This document shows positions 63,601 to 64,000 of a DNA stretch of 64,000 nucleotides, in pieces (the stretch's first letter is position 1; each line of letters starts with the position of its first letter). The notes beneath the pieces were generated by a model. The model saw only the letters and a list, made by a program, of their open reading frames with translations, had not been told where the DNA came from and searched no databases. The translations under genes were made by a program, and so were the position numbers. The DNA comes from Podarcis cretensis (Eukaryota), in contig OX638151.1 in assembly GCA_951804945.1 (NCBI GenBank), positions 60,016,001 through 60,080,000 on the forward strand, read 5' to 3'.

Positions 63601-63892
63601 GAGGAACACAAGAACACTTTCCGTAACTCTCTCATCTAGGGAGATCAAAGTCTTTCCCAACAAAATATTACAGTTTGAAGTCGGACATTGCCACTAATGC
63701 ACCTGACACCTCACATTGTTTTACAAACTATTAGCATCCAAAACAGAGATGCTAAGTGAAATAAGTTAATGTTAAGAAACAATTCAACTCTTAAACAATT
63801 TTTTTTTCATTTCCAAGTTTTAACTTACCTTGCCTTCATCCATTGGATTGTCACTAATATGGACAACAGGTCCTGGATGAGACTTGGATGAC
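1057..63892 (-). CDS. STXBP5: Syntaxin-binding protein 5 (tomosyn-1), partial multi-exon CDS: 21 exons (about human exons 6-26), WD40 beta-propellers plus hypervariable domain; gene continues beyond both window ends
   Basis: Spliced exons join in frame (2627 nt) and give near-identical tomosyn-1 peptides, e.g. SIHESPVTCCEYFADCPVDLIPALYSVGARQKRQGYSKK, SFSRSRSSSVTSIDKESREAISALHFCETF. Hypervariable region is STXBP5-type, not STXBP5L-type. All introns GT-AG. Confidence 0.98.
2253..2418 (-). CDS. STXBP5: STXBP5 exon 25 (166 nt) LPSLRPLLDVYYLPLTNMRIARTFCF...QETCENLQ
   Basis: Overlaps ORF 2211..2417; cttaag acceptor, CAG/gtaaag donor. Confidence 0.96.
2869..3057. mobile_element. Degenerate non-autonomous DNA transposon (hAT-like MITE)
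   Basis: Imperfect TIRs caggggtaccaact / agttggctcctatg and an internal inverted aaaatattg motif; no clear TSD. Confidence 0.45.
3061..3120. repeat. 30-bp tandem duplication
   Basis: gttgcatctaggagaa(a/g)tgtgtgactggaa twice, 29/30 identical. Confidence 0.95.
4256..6640 (-). mobile_element. CR1 LINE, degenerate and internally deleted, retaining ORF1, endonuclease, RT pieces and 3' tail
   Basis: Endonuclease motif VVMGDFNYPDICW (ORF 5726..5962), YKGMYNKWKKGEITKEEY (5119..5415), ORF1 esterase motif VVVAGDSL (6176..6553), ATTCTAT-type tail near 4256-4270. Confidence 0.9.
8293..8662 (-). CDS. STXBP5: STXBP5 exon 24 (370 nt) GTILRLKGAILRMAFLD...CFCANGHIMTF
   Basis: Within ORF 8289..8705; tcttag acceptor, AG/gtaaga donor. 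Confidence 0.97.
8930..9209. mobile_element. Tc1/mariner (Tigger/pogo-like) MITE, 280 bp
   Basis: 22-bp TIRs cagtggtgcc(t/c)cgcaagacgaa with one mismatch, TA on both sides, internal ttcgtcttgcg repeats. Confidence 0.92.
9370..9478 (+). mobile_element. CR1-type 3' end fragment
   Basis: ggcatctggctggtcactgtgag...gatgctgg...ctgatccactagggctc...ttcttatgt resembles a common reptile CR1 3' UTR. Confidence 0.5.
10293..10532 (-). CDS. STXBP5: STXBP5 exon 23 (240 nt) DVRDNSFSRSRSSSVTSIDKESRE...LLQPVIVSPS
   Basis: Within ORF 10219..10560; tttcag acceptor, G/gtatgt donor. Confidence 0.97.
12087..12139 (-). other. Candidate poison cassette exon, 53 nt (72 nt with alternative donor)
   Basis: Strong acceptor ctgatccttctgcttttttgcag; in-frame TAA 12114-12116; donors CAG/gtttaa or TTC/gtatga. 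Confidence 0.35.
12860..13056 (-). mobile_element. Old tRNA-derived SINE (MIR/Squam3-like)
   Basis: Minus strand begins agccagtgtggtgtagtggtt (box A), has a box-B-like gattcagatc, ends in an A-rich tail. Confidence 0.65.
13408..13458 (-). CDS. STXBP5: STXBP5 exon 22 (51 nt, skipped in s-tomosyn) AKMSRKLSLPTELKPEL
   Basis: tttttcag acceptor, G/gtaagt donor; 17-aa insert. Confidence 0.94.
18495..18580 (-). other. Candidate poison (PTC-containing) cassette exon, 86 nt
   Basis: tgtatttcag acceptor, GCA/gtacgt donor, in-frame TAA at 18546-18548, bracketed by a 13-bp inverted repeat. Confidence 0.45.
18989..19036 (-). CDS. STXBP5: STXBP5 exon 21 (48 nt, b-tomosyn cassette) VKTKSRKFSKMVANDI
   Basis: tttgcag acceptor after a 94-nt intron, G/gtagga donor. 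Confidence 0.93.
19131..19190 (-). CDS. STXBP5: STXBP5 exon 20 (60 nt, b-tomosyn cassette) GSGSPNNSDDDQKMNNFIEK
   Basis: catttag acceptor, G/gtatag donor; with exon 21 forms the 36-aa b-isoform insert. Confidence 0.92.
19191..19290 (-). promoter_or_regulatory. YCAY cluster (NOVA-type splicing element) upstream of exon 20
   Basis: Seven YCAY tetramers within 100 nt of the acceptor on the sense strand. Confidence 0.55.
19959..20307 (-). mobile_element. L2-clade LINE 3' fragment with microsatellite tail
   Basis: LWNALPSDVKAINNYLTFRRHLKAALF (ORF 19996..20322), 3' end cagatgggcggggtacaaataa, (AAT)n at 19960-19994. Confidence 0.85.
21336..21401 (-). CDS. STXBP5: STXBP5 exon 19 (66 nt) AGLCDINEGTAVQEDRCKSPTS
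   Basis: ttttacag acceptor (cagCAG tandem), G/gtaatg donor. Confidence 0.94.
22400..22476. repeat. Palindromic compound microsatellite (AC)n(AT)n(GT)n with inverted unique flanks
   Basis: taacta(ac)n...(gt)10tagtta; 27-bp perfect arms. Confidence 0.9.
22690..23410 (-). mobile_element. Degenerate L2-clade LINE RT fragment
   Basis: ORF 22977..23408 LSSMLCNIYLKMLGALIRGFDVRCHQY...NKLKANPENT. Confidence 0.75.
24682..24765 (-). CDS. STXBP5: Candidate extra in-frame cassette exon (84 nt; 33-nt form 24682..24714) GMLAVASCMCGLSNLYSESVKKLRTSYI
   Basis: Phase 1-1, multiple of 3, no stop, A/gtaagt donor, pyrimidine tract then aataag acceptor; resembles the STXBP5L insert CMRGLSNFYPDLTKRIRTSY as recalled. 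Confidence 0.75.
26870..28300 (-). mobile_element. Degenerate L2-clade LINE RT fragment
   Basis: LDPFQSCFRPSYGTEATL, ILLDL, CHQYADDTQ (about 27630-27657), AFFQLWMLRQL...LATVLHALVTS. Confidence 0.88.
28415..28484 (-). other. Candidate poison cassette exon, 70 nt
   Basis: actaactgcttcacag acceptor (consensus branch point), AAG/gtgtgt donor, reads EPRST then stop. Confidence 0.3.
28678..29217 (+). mobile_element. L2-clade LINE 3' fragment with (GAA)n tail
   Basis: QLIQNVAARL...LHWLPVHFQAQFKVL (ORF 28678..28947); same family as 19959..20307 in opposite orientation; (GAA)n at 29176-29217. Confidence 0.88.
29470..29621 (-). CDS. STXBP5: STXBP5 exon 18 (152 nt) VVFGNCNGIAMVDYIQKTTLLNLGTVELYGSNDPYRREPRSPRKSRQPSG
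   Basis: Overlaps ORF 29399..29590; tttcag acceptor, G/gtaagg donor. Confidence 0.96.
30983..31108 (-). CDS. STXBP5: STXBP5 exon 17 (126 nt) VKNSSLKQSPGYQVELVIQLVWVSGEPPQQITSLAINSAYG
   Basis: Absent from the ORF track; hand translation, ttgcag acceptor, TT/gtaagt donor. Confidence 0.95.
32306..32484 (-). CDS. STXBP5: STXBP5 exon 16 (179 nt) MLEVRLLYEINY...SHPSTSSSSSDGLRDNVPCLK
   Basis: Within ORF 32302..32514; ttgcag acceptor, AA/gtaagt donor. Confidence 0.96.
32700..33025 (-). mobile_element. Degenerate L2-clade LINE fragment
   Basis: MDWMSTNKLKLIPD...VTLPLNEKVH..VFLDP (ORF 32690..33013). Confidence 0.65.
33205..33340. mobile_element. hAT-type palindromic MITE, 136 bp
   Basis: About 58-bp inverted arms starting caggcataggcaaact; perfect 8-bp TSD tactatat (33197-33204 and 33341-33348). 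Eroded relatives near 355-430, 36000-36090, 45560-45685, 58806-58890. Confidence 0.93.
33923..34143 (-). CDS. STXBP5: STXBP5 exon 15 (221 nt) ITLQVLYKLKTAKVFEK...FSKQEITTDVIP
   Basis: Overlaps ORF 33863..34138; tcctag acceptor, CCG/gtaatt donor. Confidence 0.96.
35093..35133 (-). CDS. STXBP5: STXBP5 exon 14 (41 nt) HADGSIKFWDASA
   Basis: ttgatag acceptor, A/gtgagt donor, WD motif. Confidence 0.94.
35684..35772. mobile_element. Old short palindromic interspersed repeat (MITE-like); second copy near 42925-43010
   Basis: aatccta...catttact...aaatgtg.ataggact imperfect palindrome of a type common in squamates. Confidence 0.45.
37184..37251 (-). CDS. STXBP5: STXBP5 exon 13 (68 nt) EWPINGGNWGLVTQSYPEIIIT
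   Basis: aaatag acceptor after an 83-nt intron, GG/gtaagt donor. Confidence 0.95.
37335..37482 (-). CDS. STXBP5: STXBP5 exon 12 (148 nt) YPIFENPYPLSIHESPVTCCEYFADCPVDLIPALYSVGARQKRQGYSKK
   Basis: Overlaps ORF 37176..37454; cataaag acceptor, AAG/gtacca donor. Confidence 0.96.
38518..38590 (-). CDS. STXBP5: STXBP5 exon 11 (73 nt) DFQEPYAVVVLLEKDLVLIDLAQN
   Basis: tcttag acceptor, GG/gtaaga donor, hand translation. Confidence 0.95.
38728..38771. repeat. (AT)n microsatellite
   Basis: About 21 perfect AT units. Confidence 0.95.
40713..40867 (-). CDS. STXBP5: STXBP5 exon 10 (155 nt) EPFIILSGGLSYDTVGRRPCLTVMHGKSTAVLEMDYSIVDFLTLCETPYPN
   Basis: Within ORF 40702..40929; ttccag acceptor, G/gtaggt donor. 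Confidence 0.96.
42442..42471. repeat. (AAC)10 microsatellite
   Basis: Direct reading. Confidence 0.95.
42643..42721 (-). CDS. STXBP5: STXBP5 exon 9 (79 nt) GKQVKDGKKPEPCKPILKVEYKTTRA
   Basis: ttttag acceptor, GG/gtaaga donor, hand translation. Confidence 0.95.
44142..44265 (-). CDS. STXBP5: STXBP5 exon 8 (124 nt) AIHSVAWHHEGKQFICSHSDGTLTIWNVRNPTKPFQTITPH
   Basis: Within ORF 44086..44352; atcag acceptor, G/gtaagt donor. Confidence 0.96.
46252..46484. mobile_element. Tc1/mariner (Tigger-like) MITE, 233 bp
   Basis: TIRs cagtggtacctcgggtta / taacccagggtaccactg, TA on the right and TG on the left, internal tcaggtta repeats. Confidence 0.88.
47268..47414 (+). mobile_element. Penelope-like element terminal repeat fragment with degenerate minimal hammerhead ribozyme
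   Basis: ctgaagaa-gtgtgc gt gcacac-aaaa-gctc-atacc followed by ttagttggtctctaaggtgc...ggcagaccaacac, typical of a squamate PLE-derived short repeat. Confidence 0.6.
47925..48000 (+). mobile_element. CR1 LINE 3' end fragment
   Basis: gagattcctgcactgcagggggttggactagaagacccttgggtcccttccaactctaagattcta. Confidence 0.85.
49888..50225. mobile_element. hAT-type MITE, 338 bp
   Basis: 17-bp TIRs cagaggc(a/t)tacctaggg; 8-bp TSD tttccaag / tttccaac. Confidence 0.85.
51563..51656 (+). mobile_element. Very short L2 3' end with (TAT)n tail
   Basis: gcccagagtgactggggaaacgcagccagatgggtggggtata matches the 3' end of the 19959..20307 family. Confidence 0.8.
51720..54560 (-). mobile_element. Highly decayed retroelement, possibly DIRS-like (tyrosine-recombinase)
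   Basis: GC-richer block; frameshifted traces resembling DIRS RNase H (YI..HGSTGS near 52810-52845, LHQEVF near 52537-52554); terminal motif shared with 40353-40370. Boundaries approximate. Confidence 0.35.
56940..57288 (+). mobile_element. Sauria SINE, full length
   Basis: tRNA-like head gacgtgggtggctctgtgagttaa...ggcggtttgaatc, body cagttcgaaagcac...gtagataaataggtacc, Bov-B-like tail gagtcggccacgactggacc...cctttta. Confidence 0.93.
59011..59094 (-). CDS. STXBP5: STXBP5 exon 7 (84 nt) LLIGFESGTVALWDLKCKKADYRYTHDE
   Basis: ttacag acceptor, GAG/gtaact donor, WD40 repeat sequence. Confidence 0.95.
59897..60915 (-). mobile_element. Bov-B (RTE clade) LINE, 5'-truncated, about 1 kb
   Basis: RT motifs GVRQGCILSPCLFNLYAE...NINNLRYADDTTLMAESEEELK, PWTPRRSNISILKEISPECSLEGQ; CAA-type tail; 11-bp TSD ctgctgctact. 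Confidence 0.96.
61529..61699. mobile_element. Old Tc1/mariner-like MITE
   Basis: TA-flanked imperfect TIRs caggcagctccccacttgcgc / gcgtaagcagggattcccctg. Confidence 0.55.
62518..62556. repeat. 17-bp tandem duplication
   Basis: aatagcgatgcttgcat twice plus aatag. Confidence 0.92.
63829..63892 (-). CDS. STXBP5: STXBP5 exon 6 (64 nt) SSKSHPGPVVHISDNPMDEGK
   Basis: attttcag acceptor, AAG/gtaagt donor, translation matches tomosyn. Confidence 0.95.
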
Positions 63893-64000
63893 CTGAAAAT
63901 ATAATCAATATGTATTTTTTACAAATTAAGAACAGGAATGGGGGCACACAAAATACACAAATATCGACACAAAGAAGCAGGCACCAATGTCAGTGAAAAA

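Noticed and set aside
1-64000. Possibility that the gene is STXBP5L, a pseudogene, or that prokaryotic or viral systems are present
   Set aside because: Peptides match tomosyn-1, all 21 exons are intact and in frame, and there are no dense or operon-like ORFs and no recognisable tRNA or rRNA genes.

Overview
Vertebrate genomic DNA, almost certainly from a squamate and probably a lacertid lizard (Sauria SINE, Bov-B, CR1, L2, hAT and Tc1/mariner MITEs). The whole window lies inside one minus-strand gene, STXBP5 (tomosyn-1). I mapped 21 coding exons by hand (2627 nt, all GT-AG, phases join into one open frame). They correspond to exons 6-26 of the human 28-exon b-tomosyn structure as I recall it; the 5' exons and the C-terminal R-SNARE exons lie outside the window. 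Almost all other ORFs in the track are chance ORFs or LINE fragments. The most interesting region is the hypervariable domain (10.5-29.5 kb). It holds an extra in-frame 84-nt cassette exon (33-nt short form) resembling the tomosyn-2/STXBP5L insert, three candidate stop-containing poison exons (one bracketed by a perfect 13-bp inverted repeat), a NOVA-type YCAY cluster, RBFOX motifs and a tandem acceptor. A degenerate Penelope-type hammerhead ribozyme lies in intron 7. Comparisons to human and rodent proteins are from memory, not from a search.
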